A stretch of 53,058 bases of DNA. Origin: a virus. Lineage: Duplodnaviria; Caudoviricetes. Where the stretch lies: the IMG/VR virus record IMGVR_UViG_3300044625_001301, positions 1 through 53,058 of that record, one strand, 5' to 3'. The position numbers were made by a program, and so were the translations under genes. The stretch's first letter is position 1. The number at the start of each line of letters is the position of its first letter. Shown in pieces: positions 1 to 9,300 of this stretch. The notes beneath the pieces are model-generated. The model was not told the origin of the DNA and ran no database searches. It worked only from the letters and a program-made list of their open reading frames with translations.

Positions 1-2718
1 GATCTCCTGGTAGCGGTTCATGTCGCCGTAGGCGCGCTGGGCGATGTCGGTCAGGGTGTCCCCGGCCTGCACGGTGTATTCGTTGCCCTTGATGGCTTCG
101 TTGTTACCGTTCTCGGCACCGGCGCGACCACCGTCGGAGACGGTGCCCGAAGTCGGACTGCTGCTCTGCCCTCCGCCGGTGTTTCCGCCGCCGGTGTTTC
201 CGCCGCCCTGTCCTCCGCCACTGTTGGTTGCAGAGCCTCCGCTGTTCTGGCCACCACTCTGGTTGCCACCACCGCCGGAATTTTGGCCGCCACCCTGATT
301 TCCGCCGCCAGAATTTTGCTCGGCAGCAGCGCCAGCTGCCGCAGGAGCCGCAGCAGCGCCAGCAGCGCCAGCAGCGCCAGGAGCGGCAGGAGCGGCAGGT
401 CCTCCGGTCTGGGGCGTGCGAGCCGGGTACACCTTGTCCGGCAGGTTGGCGGCAGGATCATTGGCATAAGGATCTGCAGGCTTTCCATCGCCGTACTGCT
501 CGTTGCGACGACTGGCACCACTCGGATCTTCTGTGTCTAGCTGCTTGCGGACCGCCGAACCGGGCTGCAGGTCGGTCGGAGAGATGAACTTCTCCGGCAG
601 CCCCTTGAACGGGCTTTTCGATCCGGGGGCACCGGCGGGGGTTGTCCGGGGGTTGCCCTCGGAGTCGACGATGTTGTCGAAACCGACGCCGGGGACGGCC
701 TCCTTGCGCATCGCGACGAACCGGTCGGCGTCGACCCCGTGGGCGCGGGCCTCCTCGACCGCGTCCTGGATGGCGTGGACCCGGTCGGCCATCGAGCCGA
801 AGTCCTCCTCCTGCTTGCGGTCGGCGTCGGAGCGGATCTTGTCCAGATACTTGTCGGCGTCGGCGGCGTCGTGGGCCTCGTAGTCGGCCTGGGTGTCGTC
901 GTCGGTGTCGTCGACGCACCCGGCGTAGCGGGACAGGAACGCCACCAGCTCACGCGGGTAGGGGCGCTCGGTGACCTCGCAGTGCCGCATCAGCCGGGCG
1001 AAATGCACGATGTCTTTTTCCGACATCACGTCGTCGGGTCCGGTGTCCTCGCGCTCGTCCTTGGTGACGTCGAGGAAGATGTGGGCGTCGTCGGTGTCGT
1101 TGACCACCATGTCCGGGGTCAGCCGCTGAGGCCCGTTCTGCAGGTTGTCGGCGGTGCGCCGACCGGCGGCCATCTGGAAGGTCGGCAGGTAGCGATCCTT
1201 GGGCTGACGCTTGACGATGACGCCGTCCGACGGGCTGCGCCGCTGTGGGCGTTCCTGGCCCCTCAGTGCCGCCGACTGCATGGTCAGGTAGGAGGCGTAG
1301 GCGTGGCTGCACAGCCGTCCGACGTAGGAGAATTTGCGCTTGAACGCCCACCGGCCCCACTCGCAGCCGCAGTGCCAGTTGGCGATGGACTGCCCGCCCG
1401 ACAAGCCCCCGTAGCTGGCACCCTTGAGGATCACCACGTCGTAGGTGCCGTGGTCGCCGTCCACCGAGGCCATGATCCGGGACGGGGCGATGTCCTTGAC
1501 GTGCACCGCGCCGGAGGTCTTCAGCCGCATCGCCTTCTTGCGGACGTCCTTCCAGGCGGCGGTGCGGATGCCGCTGTCGGCTTCGACCAGGTCCATGTAC
1601 TCGGCGAACCTGGGGTTCAGCCCCTCGTCCATGAGGTGGCCGATCCGGTTGATGTAGGCGTCCGGGTCGTGCCGGAACTGGGCCACCGGGTCGTTGTGGT
1701 AGTCGGCGCTGGCGGTCAGGTCGATGTACTTGTCACTCAGACCGGCGGGGCGGTAGGAGCCGTCCTTGACCAGGTCACCCCAGCCGTCTCCGGGTGCCAT
1801 GTCGGCGTTCGGGTCGGAGGAGGGTCCGCCTTCGTCTCCGCCGAGCAGTCCACCGGCGACCGACGGGCCGAGGGTGCGCAGCAGCGCGGGCAGGATCGCC
1901 GCCGGTCCAAGCGCCTCGTGGCGGCTGCCGCTCTTGATCAGGTCACCCCATCCGGCTCCGGGGGACACCGCGTCGATGACCTGTTCGGCCTGGTTGGTCA
2001 CCAGGTTGCTTCCCGCCGCGACGCCCATCCCGGTCATGTGACCTTGCCAGCCGTCTAAAAGTTTTCTCGGGACAACTTTTTTCAAAACTTCCTGAGACTT
2101 CGGGTGATTCATGAGCAGGCTGTCGACGACAGCTTCTCGATCAAAGGCACTCTCTTTGGCGAACAGATCCGGGTTGGGTCCCGGCTCGTCGCCGTAGTCC
2201 TCGTCGTCGAAGGTCACCGAGTCCGACGGGGACAGCCGCTCGTCGGCGTCGATGTGGTGGATCGGCTGGATGGTCGAGGACCCGTCGTCGAATCCGGGGC
2301 CGTCGATGGAGTTGTGCTGAGGCTCGGGGTTGTAGGGCAGGGTGGTGGAGTTGTCCCGGTCCAGAGGTGCCCAGGCCTGACGGCGGCGGGATTCGTACAT
2401 CCGCTGCTGGTGCTCGTCGAAGTCGTCGAAGTCGTCGCCCCGGCGTCGGTGATACCGCTCGGCCATTCCGGGGTTCTCGACCAGCGGGTGGTCGGGGAAC
2501 TCCTCCTCGAAGATCGGGGCGTGCTCGTCGGAGTGCTCGTTGTGCCAGCCGCCGGACACCACATTGGAGCTGTACGGGTCGTCAAGCTGGGAGGCGATCT
2601 TGGCCTCGTCGAGCCAGACCTCGAAGCCGTCCCCGGCTACCTTGTACTGGGTGCGGCCCCGCACGGTCTCCCGGTCGACAATCGTGCCCGGACCATACGC
2701 GGTGTGAACCGTCGCCAT
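1..2718 (-). CDS. Large virion-associated protein with SWIM-type Zn finger, Gly/Asn/Ser-rich linker and LysM domain (3' end runs off the window)
   Basis: Not in the ORF track because there is no stop in the window. Manual translation from ATG 2718 (RBS GAGGAGG): MATVHTAYGPG...WHCGCEWG...LCSHAY (CxC..CxH)...GGGNTGGG...EYTVQAGDTLTDIAQRAYGDMNRYQEI (LysM). Confidence 0.85.
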   Translation of the reverse strand, partial: MATVHTAYGPGTIVDRETVRGRTQYKVAGDGFEVWLDEAKIASQLDDPYSSNVVSGGWHNEHSDEHAPIFEEEFPDHPLVENPGMAERYHRRRGDDFDDFDEHQQRMYESRRRQAWAPLDRDNSTTLPYNPEPQHNSIDGPGFDDGSSTIQPIHHIDADERLSPSDSVTFDDEDYGDEPGPNPDLFAKESAFDREAVVDSLLMNHPKSQEVLKKVVPRKLLDGWQGHMTGMGVAAGSNLVTNQAEQVIDAVSPGAGWGDLIKSGSRHEALGPAAILPALLRTLGPSVAGGLLGGDEGGPSSDPNADMAPGDGWGDLVKDGSYRPAGLSDKYIDLTASADYHNDPVAQFRHDPDAYINRIGHLMDEGLNPRFAEYMDLVEADSGIRTAAWKDVRKKAMRLKTSGAVHVKDIAPSRIMASVDGDHGTYDVVILKGASYGGLSGGQSIANWHCGCEWGRWAFKRKFSYVGRLCSHAYASYLTMQSAALRGQERPQRRSPSDGVIVKRQPKDRYLPTFQMAAGRRTADNLQNGPQRLTPDMVVNDTDDAHIFLDVTKDEREDTGPDDVMSEKDIVHFARLMRHCEVTERPYPRELVAFLSRYAGCVDDTDDDTQADYEAHDAADADKYLDKIRSDADRKQEEDFGSMADRVHAIQDAVEEARAHGVDADRFVAMRKEAVPGVGFDNIVDSEGNPRTTPAGAPGSKSPFKGLPEKFISPTDLQPGSAVRKQLDTEDPSGASRRNEQYGDGKPADPYANDPAANLPDKVYPARTPQTGGPAAPAAPGAAGAAGAAAAPAAAGAAAEQNSGGGNQGGGQNSGGGGNQSGGQNSGGSATNSGGGQGGGNTGGGNTGGGQSSSPTSGTVSDGGRAGAENGNNEAIKGNEYTVQAGDTLTDIAQRAYGDMNRYQEI

Positions 2719-2743
2719 ATTGGTTGTCCTCCTCGAAGGGGTT

Positions 2744-2783
2744 CTATCACTTCGAGGCGCACAGGCGGCGATCTACAGGATTA
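2744..2783 (-). promoter_or_regulatory. Candidate phage late promoter CCTGTA-N17-CTCGAAGnnnTAG
   Basis: Same bipartite motif with the same 17-nt spacing also at 10725-10760; both lie upstream of large structural-region genes. Confidence 0.6.
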
Positions 2784-3026
2784 GTCCTTGACGTACATCG
2801 GCAGGCCGAACAGCCCGGAATCGGAATGCTCCCAGAACAACGCCCAGGACTTCTTCAGCATCTCGACCCGCTCGAAGACGCTGATGTCGGGCACCGGAAG
2901 CTCCACGCTGTCGCCGACCTGCTGGGCGCACACCCCGTGCTCGTTGAGGTAGTGGGCGAGGCTAGCGGCCTCGTCGAGGTGGTCGGTCTGGATCGCGTGG
3001 TAGGAGACGTTCCGGGTGATGGGCAT
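2781..3026 (-). CDS. Hypothetical protein (81 aa)
   Basis: ORF with RBS GAGGAAGG; codon usage like neighbours. Confidence 0.7.
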   Translation of the reverse strand: MPITRNVSYHAIQTDHLDEAASLAHYLNEHGVCAQQVGDSVELPVPDISVFERVEMLKKSWALFWEHSDSGLFGLPMYVKD

Positions 3027-3095
3027 AAGAATCCTTCCTCGATCCGAGCGCGCGAGCCTCGGTCACAGAGATTGCGTTGAACGGGGGGTTTTACA

Positions 3096-3138
3096 AAACC
3101 GGCCCCGGTACCTTTTCAGGCACCAGCGGGGCCGGTTT
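3096..3138. terminator. Hairpin downstream of portal gene
   Basis: Inverted repeat AAACCGGCCCC...GGGGCCGGTTT in a non-coding gap. Confidence 0.5.
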
Positions 3139-3215
3139 GGAGGTTCTCCCGAAGGGAGTTTTCCACCGCTCTCAGGTTATCGTGAAAGCAGTGACGTGCG
3201 CAACATTTGCTGGGA

Positions 3216-5960
3216 TCACCATTCGGGTTCGACGCCGAAGACTTCGTAGAACTGGGCGAGCAGGTCTTCGAGGATGCGGTGGGAGTCCGCCGCCTTGCCG
3301 GGAGGTGCGTCAGGGTGGGAGGCCATGATCTCGGGCCAGTCGGCCTGGAGCTGACCGCGATAGGTTTGCGCGTTCAGCGCGCGGTAAAACTTCGGGTCCA
3401 TCACCAGATCCGAGACCTTGGGGTGGCGGGCCACCGAGAAGTCCCAGTTGGCCACGATCTCCCGGCGCTTGACCTGCTCGGCGACCTGGTCCTCGCTGGC
3501 GGTCCGGCTGCTGCCGTAGGAGGACGGCCCGACCTCGAACTTGCTCAGCGGTCTGGTCTCTGACTCCTGACCCTTGCGGGTCCTCTTGCGGCGGGAGGCA
3601 CCGACCTGCTTGGGGGTGTTGGAGCGCATGCTATCGGACTCCACCGGGCGCTGCCGGTTGCGCGGAATCTCGGACGGCTCGGGGACCCCAGGGGGCAGCT
3701 CCGGGCCGACCCCGCCCGAGGGCGGGCTGCCGACCGGAGGGGTGGCGTGGGGTCCGTTGATGTCGCCCAGGCTGGCGGTGGCGTAGTACCCGGCGGAGGG
3801 GTTCCCCGGTCCGGGTGCCGCCGGACCGTCGGCGGACAGTGCGGTGATGTTGGGGCCGTGCGCGGGACCCTCGATCATCGCGCCGTTGGGTCCGGCCCCG
3901 ATCTGGACGACGTTGCCCTCCTCGTCGAACAGACCCTCCTGGGCCATCGCCTGCTCGGGTCCGGGAGGCTCGGAGTCTGGCCCCTGGGGACCCATCATCA
4001 TCCCGCCGGGGGGCTGCGGGGCACCGCCCATCATCGGGTCTCCACCACCGGGGGCGGGCTGACCGCCTCCCATCGGGGCCATCCCGGCACCGGCCATCTG
4101 CTGCTCCATCATGGCCTTCTGCATCTCGATCTGCTCGGCCTGCAGCTCGGCCTGGGCCTCACCGGCGATGGCCTGGGCCTCGCCCAGTTCGGTCTGGGTC
4201 TTACCCTGACGCAGCTGCAGTGTCGACATGAGGTGCTGGGCCAGCTCCGGCGGGTAGGGCAGGTTCTGGGCGTCGCACAGATCCTGCACTTTTTTCATCG
4301 CCTGCGCGGTGGCCATCAGCTTGGCCACCGACTCCTCGGCCTGGCGCTCAAGCTCCTGATCGAACTCCATGTCGATGTTGACCGCCAGGGTCTTGTCACT
4401 GACGGGGACGCCCATCGCCTTGAGCTGGGAGATGAACGCCCGCTCCTGGGCCTCGTCGCGGAGGTTCAGGGTCGAGAACTTGATCTCGGGAATCAACAGC
4501 TTGGGTACCTTGCGGATGTACTCCTCGCCGGTGTCGGGGTCGGTCTCGACGATCTCCCGGTAGATCGGGACCCTCTGACCACCCTTGAGGTCATAGTCGT
4601 AGTGGCCCTGGGCCTCGGCGATCACCTCGGCGCGCTTGACGATGTGGCGGCGCAACGAGTTCTGGAAGCCGACCATCATCTGGGTCACAAACTCGCGGTT
4701 CAGCGCCGAGGACGCATACGCCCCTCCGGTACCGCCGGAGATCAGGGCCTCGCCGATCCCCCAGGCCTGCAACAGCTTGGACTGGACCCGGTCGAAGTCG
4801 CCGTCCAGGTTGGGCACGCTCTCGCGCCCGAACACATTTTCGACCTTCAGGCCGAAATTATGGACCATCAGCCGGAAGTCGGCGGCCAGCGCGGCCTGCA
4901 GATCGTCGCGGGCGTCGTCGAGTTCGCCCTGATCCGGTATCCACGGCTCGCCGTCGCCCATGTCCTCGATGCCCAAGGTGGCCAGCACCAGCGGGCTGTA
5001 CAGCCGGTCGGCGACCGCGTCCTGCGCGGCCATCAGCGATTCCTCGGTCATCAGGGTGCGGAAGGAGCGCAGCAGGTGCGGTGTCCCGCGCTTGGCCCAG
5101 GGGGTCGAGCGGTTGACGATCCGGCTGATCAGCGCGTCGGAGATGTCCAGGCCGTCGTTCTGGGCGGCGGCCTGAATGATCTCCGGGTAGTAGCGGATCA
5201 GGTCCTGGTATTCCTGGTTGCGCTGCAACCGCTCCGAGGGGGTCTCGTCGGTGGTACCGATCCCGGCACCGCCGTCGGGTCCCTGCCGGAGGTTGTCGAC
5301 CAGATCCTTGACCAGGAGCTGGACCCGGTCGCGCTGGACGAACAGCGAGCGCGACACCTTGAGCATGTCGGGGTTCAGGATTTCTTCGCTCGACCACACC
5401 CCGAGGGATTCATTGAAGTGTGCCAGGGAAGTGACCTCGCCGACCGTGAAGTATTCCCGGCCCAGCTGGTCGGGCAGGAACTCCATGTAGTTCAATTCGC
5501 CCAGGAACATGTCCTCGTAAAATTTCTTGATCAGCGGGTCTTTGCTGTCAAACTCCAGACCGACCACCGGGAATTTGCTGTAGATGTCGATCAGGAGAGG
5601 CACCAGGTCGTGGGTGGAGTAGAACAGCCGCGACCACCGGCGGATGTCGCGTAGCTCGTCTTCGTCGTCGACGTTGAACGGGATGCCCTTGTCGGCCAGG
5701 CTGCCCAACGGCTGCCTGACCTTGGGAAGGGCTATCTGCATGTTGGTGCCCTGGAAGGCGGTGAACTGGCGTCCCCGGTAGTTGCCGAGTCGGCTGCGGT
5801 TCATGCTGGCGATCAGGCTGCGGTTGTTCACCGACTCCTTCATCGCCATCGCCTCGGTGCGGGCCTGGGTCGGGCTGTAGGGCATCGACGCGCCCATCTT
5901 GCGGAGCTTGGACACCTCGTTGGACCAGTTCGATCCGCCCTGGTGGAGGAAGCTAGTCAC
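3216..5960 (-). CDS. Portal protein with long Pro/Gly-rich C-terminal extension
   Basis: 914 aa; portal-like helical core (LVPLLIDIYSKFP; RGTPHLLRSFRTL; LLQAWGIGEALISG...YASSA); located in the head-gene region. Confidence 0.75.
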   Translation of the reverse strand: MTSFLHQGGSNWSNEVSKLRKMGASMPYSPTQARTEAMAMKESVNNRSLIASMNRSRLGNYRGRQFTAFQGTNMQIALPKVRQPLGSLADKGIPFNVDDEDELRDIRRWSRLFYSTHDLVPLLIDIYSKFPVVGLEFDSKDPLIKKFYEDMFLGELNYMEFLPDQLGREYFTVGEVTSLAHFNESLGVWSSEEILNPDMLKVSRSLFVQRDRVQLLVKDLVDNLRQGPDGGAGIGTTDETPSERLQRNQEYQDLIRYYPEIIQAAAQNDGLDISDALISRIVNRSTPWAKRGTPHLLRSFRTLMTEESLMAAQDAVADRLYSPLVLATLGIEDMGDGEPWIPDQGELDDARDDLQAALAADFRLMVHNFGLKVENVFGRESVPNLDGDFDRVQSKLLQAWGIGEALISGGTGGAYASSALNREFVTQMMVGFQNSLRRHIVKRAEVIAEAQGHYDYDLKGGQRVPIYREIVETDPDTGEEYIRKVPKLLIPEIKFSTLNLRDEAQERAFISQLKAMGVPVSDKTLAVNIDMEFDQELERQAEESVAKLMATAQAMKKVQDLCDAQNLPYPPELAQHLMSTLQLRQGKTQTELGEAQAIAGEAQAELQAEQIEMQKAMMEQQMAGAGMAPMGGGQPAPGGGDPMMGGAPQPPGGMMMGPQGPDSEPPGPEQAMAQEGLFDEEGNVVQIGAGPNGAMIEGPAHGPNITALSADGPAAPGPGNPSAGYYATASLGDINGPHATPPVGSPPSGGVGPELPPGVPEPSEIPRNRQRPVESDSMRSNTPKQVGASRRKRTRKGQESETRPLSKFEVGPSSYGSSRTASEDQVAEQVKRREIVANWDFSVARHPKVSDLVMDPKFYRALNAQTYRGQLQADWPEIMASHPDAPPGKAADSHRILEDLLAQFYEVFGVEPEW

Positions 5961-6345
5961 TGGTGGCCTCCTCGTTCTGGTTGGCGCGGGTCAGGCAATT
6001 CTCGGTGTACCAGGCCTCGTCGGGGGCCTTGTCGTGGGCCTTGGTCGACAGCGCCACCCGCCAGGTGGGGTAGACCGGGGTGCCGCCGTGAGCGAAGACG
6101 GTGTCGATCTCCTGGACCGTCCCGACGCCGTCGTAGATCTGACCGGCGGTCCGGCACTCCACCACGTCCCCGGCCTTGAACGGAGGCCCGTAGGGAGACC
6201 AGGGGGCGGTCAGCAAAATGAACGCCAGCTCGTCGCCGGACAGCGGGAGCTGGTTCAGGCAGTCCTGGCAGTAGGGCCGGTCGGTGCCCTGCTCCAGCCA
6301 GGCCACGTCCCGGAACTTTTTACACACCCCACAGAGATCCTTCAT
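5953..6345 (-). CDS. Hypothetical protein with CxxC...CxxC Zn-binding N-terminus
   Basis: CGVC and CQDC motifs; overlaps portal start. Confidence 0.7.
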   Translation of the reverse strand: MKDLCGVCKKFRDVAWLEQGTDRPYCQDCLNQLPLSGDELAFILLTAPWSPYGPPFKAGDVVECRTAGQIYDGVGTVQEIDTVFAHGGTPVYPTWRVALSTKAHDKAPDEAWYTENCLTRANQNEEATSD

Positions 6346-6357
6346 AGGCTCTATAGC

Positions 6358-9300
6358 CTACTTCTTTTTGCGGGGAATCGAGGGAGGCGTCCAGGTGCCG
6401 CCTTTCTTGGAGGGGTCACCGGCGGGCTTGCGCTTGGCCCAATCCTGCGGCGGCTTGGCCACGCTGGTGGACGGCGGCTTGGGTTTGCCGTAGGCCTTGG
6501 CGACCGGGTCCTCGCCGTCGTACTTGGTCCAGTCGGCGAGGCGCTCAATCTCGGCCACCAGTTCCCGGTGGGTCTTGGCAGACGTCTTCTTGCGGCAGGA
6601 GCCGGACGCGCACGGCTCGGTGTTGGGCACCCGCTCGTAGCCCTCCCAGCAGGTGCAGCCGCCGTCGCCCTTGGCGATCTTGGCGTAGTGCGCGCTTTCA
6701 TCTTCTTCTCTGTCGAGATCGTGCGAGCATTTCACACCGTCAAGGTTGTATATCGAATCTTTTTCGGCGACCCGGTCAGCGTGCTCGACTGCCTCGTCGT
6801 GGCCCATCCCCTGACTTTTGGCTAGATCGAAAGCGTTCTCGTGTGCAGACTGCCAAGCCATGTCCCTGCATGCTTCGCAGTCTGCAGCATCACGAGCAGC
6901 CAGCTTCTTATTCGCCATGATCACATTGTCGCGCACCGGAATCTCGCGGGCGATGAACACCTCGGCGGAGTCCGACGCCAGGTGGTGGGTGTCGCCGATC
7001 GCGTAGACGTTCCAGATTTTCCCGCACGAGCAGGTCTTGTACGACGGCGCGGCGACCTTCTGGCCGCAGGAGCAGGAGAACGGCTTGGCCTCCTTGGCCA
7101 GGTAGCCGTTGAGGTGATCGTCCCAGCGCCATCCCGGCACCTTGCGGGTGAAGAAGCTGGCCTTCTTGGTCGGCTCCCACTCGCCCCAGGTGGCGTCACG
7201 CCGACCGGCACCGATCAGGCGTGGGTCCATCGGGTCCTGGGAGTCGTCGGGGTCCCAGCCGCCGGTGTAGGGGACGATCTCGGCGTCATAATTTTTGGGG
7301 TAGTAGACGGGTCCGTAATTGTCGTTGACGCTGATCTTGCCCTCGGAGTTACCTTCCGGGTACTTGCTGATGCCGAGAAATTTGTCCTGATCGCCCCGGA
7401 AGTTGGTGAGCATGTCACCCGGCTTGAAGAGGGTGCCGTCCTGATGCTGGACCATGTACTTCTCCCCGTTGCGGGGGTTGGTGAACACATGCTCGGGATC
7501 GTCGTCGTCGCGGGTGTGGTAGCCACCGTGCTCGTTGATGAACTTGGAGATCCGGCTGCCCAGTTTCTGCCGGTCACCCTTCTTGGTGACCGGGTTGACC
7601 GCCCTGGCGGGGTTGTTCTTCGGGTTCGGCGGCTCCTCGACGAAGGGGTGCTCGGGGACCCCGATCGCCTGGTGGACCTCCTCCTGGCCGCGCGGCCCGA
7701 CCTTGTGGGTCTGGAGGTACTTCTCGGCCATCGGGTCGCCGCCGGTGTTCAGACCCATCTCGGTCTGCTTGTCCATCCAGCGGCGGACCTTGGTGCCCAG
7801 ATCCAGTGCGGTGCGGCGGCTGTTCTTCTTCGGCTTGGGAAGTCCCTTAAACGTCGGCTGGGGCAGGTCGTTGATCGCCATGTTGTCGGTGATCTCGGGG
7901 GTCTGCCCGGCCTTGGGATGCTCGAAGGCGTCCATCGTCGGGGTGTTCTTCCAGGTCTCACCGGCGGTCCGACCGCCAACCGTGTACCGGCTCGGCTCAG
8001 GGTAGTGCTCCCGGACGTAGTCCTCGTGGTAGGCCTTGTCGGGGTAATCACCGTAGAGGTGGTCGCCCAGGCTGCCGTCGCCCCGGTGGGTGATCTGATA
8101 CGGGTCCTCTTCGTACTCGGCCAGTCCTTCAGCCAGGTCGCGGACACCGTGCTCGTCGCGTCCCCGGTCCCGGCCACTGGCCCAGGCGTCCCACTCCCGG
8201 TCCCTCGGGTCGGAGGCTGTCCGGAAGCCCGCTGCGCGGGCTTGATCAAAAGGGAGGCGGCCCCTAGAACCCTCGCGGTTGTACATCTTGCGGTAGTCGT
8301 ACATCTTGCGGTAGTCGGGGTCGTCTTCCCAATGATTCTGCTCGTCCTCGGCCTGGGCGTCGGCCAGGTCGTTGCGCTTGTGCTCGTCGCGGCCCCGGTC
8401 TCGGGACTGGCTGTAGGCCTTGTCCTGATAGCGGTCCTTGCCGGTGGCGGCCATCCGGGGTCCGACCACCGAGTCCATCCACACGTCGTGGTTGAACAGC
8501 GAGTTGTCGGCACCGAACATCTCGCCGATGTGGCGGGCCGCCGCCCGGACCTCGGGGGTCTGCAGTGCCTGCGGGGGCAGGATGCGGAACGCCTCGGCGA
8601 CGTGCTCGTACTGGCGTCGGCTCATCGCCTCCCGGAGCATCCGCTCGGAGACCCCGTAGGTGCGGGCGATCAGGTGGGCGGCGCTGGCCAGGACCGTGGT
8701 CTTCTTGGCCTTCCGGATCAGCCGGGCCAGCTGCTGCTGGGGGTTTCCCGCGCCGCCCGGTGCCTGGGAGGGGTCGACGTTGACGCTGCCCTCCGGCGGG
8801 GTGACGTCCATCGGATGCTCGGCCTGCTCGACCTGCTGGGCGAACTGGACAGCCTGAAGGGCCTGGCTCAAAGGTCCGATGATCTGCTGGTACTCCTGGG
8901 TCTCCCGGTCGATCATCTGGGTGATGGCCTGACCGGCGGTGTCCAGCAGCGCGTCCTCGGCGGGCTGGTTCTCCATCGGCATCGGGGGCTGCGGGGGTGC
9001 CACCGCCTGGCTGCCGGGAGGAGGCATCATCTGGCCCATCGCGGCGGGGTCACCGCCGCCCATCGCGGCAGCAGGGTCTTGGGCCGGGGCGGCCTGCTCG
9101 CCGCCACCGCCACCTTCGGATTCCTGCTCCTGCTCACCCTCGGCGGCCCAGAACGAGCGGGCGGCGGATTTGGCCTTGCCCTTGAACTCGTGGTCACACT
9201 TGGAGCACTTGAACTCCTTGGACTGGCCGTATGCCGGGTTGCCGGTTTGCTTAGTGCTCTTGGAGCCGCACCCAGAGCAGGCAGGGAAGTCATAAGCGGC

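Noticed and set aside
170-400. GC-rich short tandem repeats
   Set aside because: Explained by Gly/Ala/Asn low-complexity linker codons of the LysM protein.
3027-3215. Possible tRNA or ncRNA in the gap after the portal gene
   Set aside because: Only one hairpin seen; no cloverleaf or T-loop pattern that I can support.
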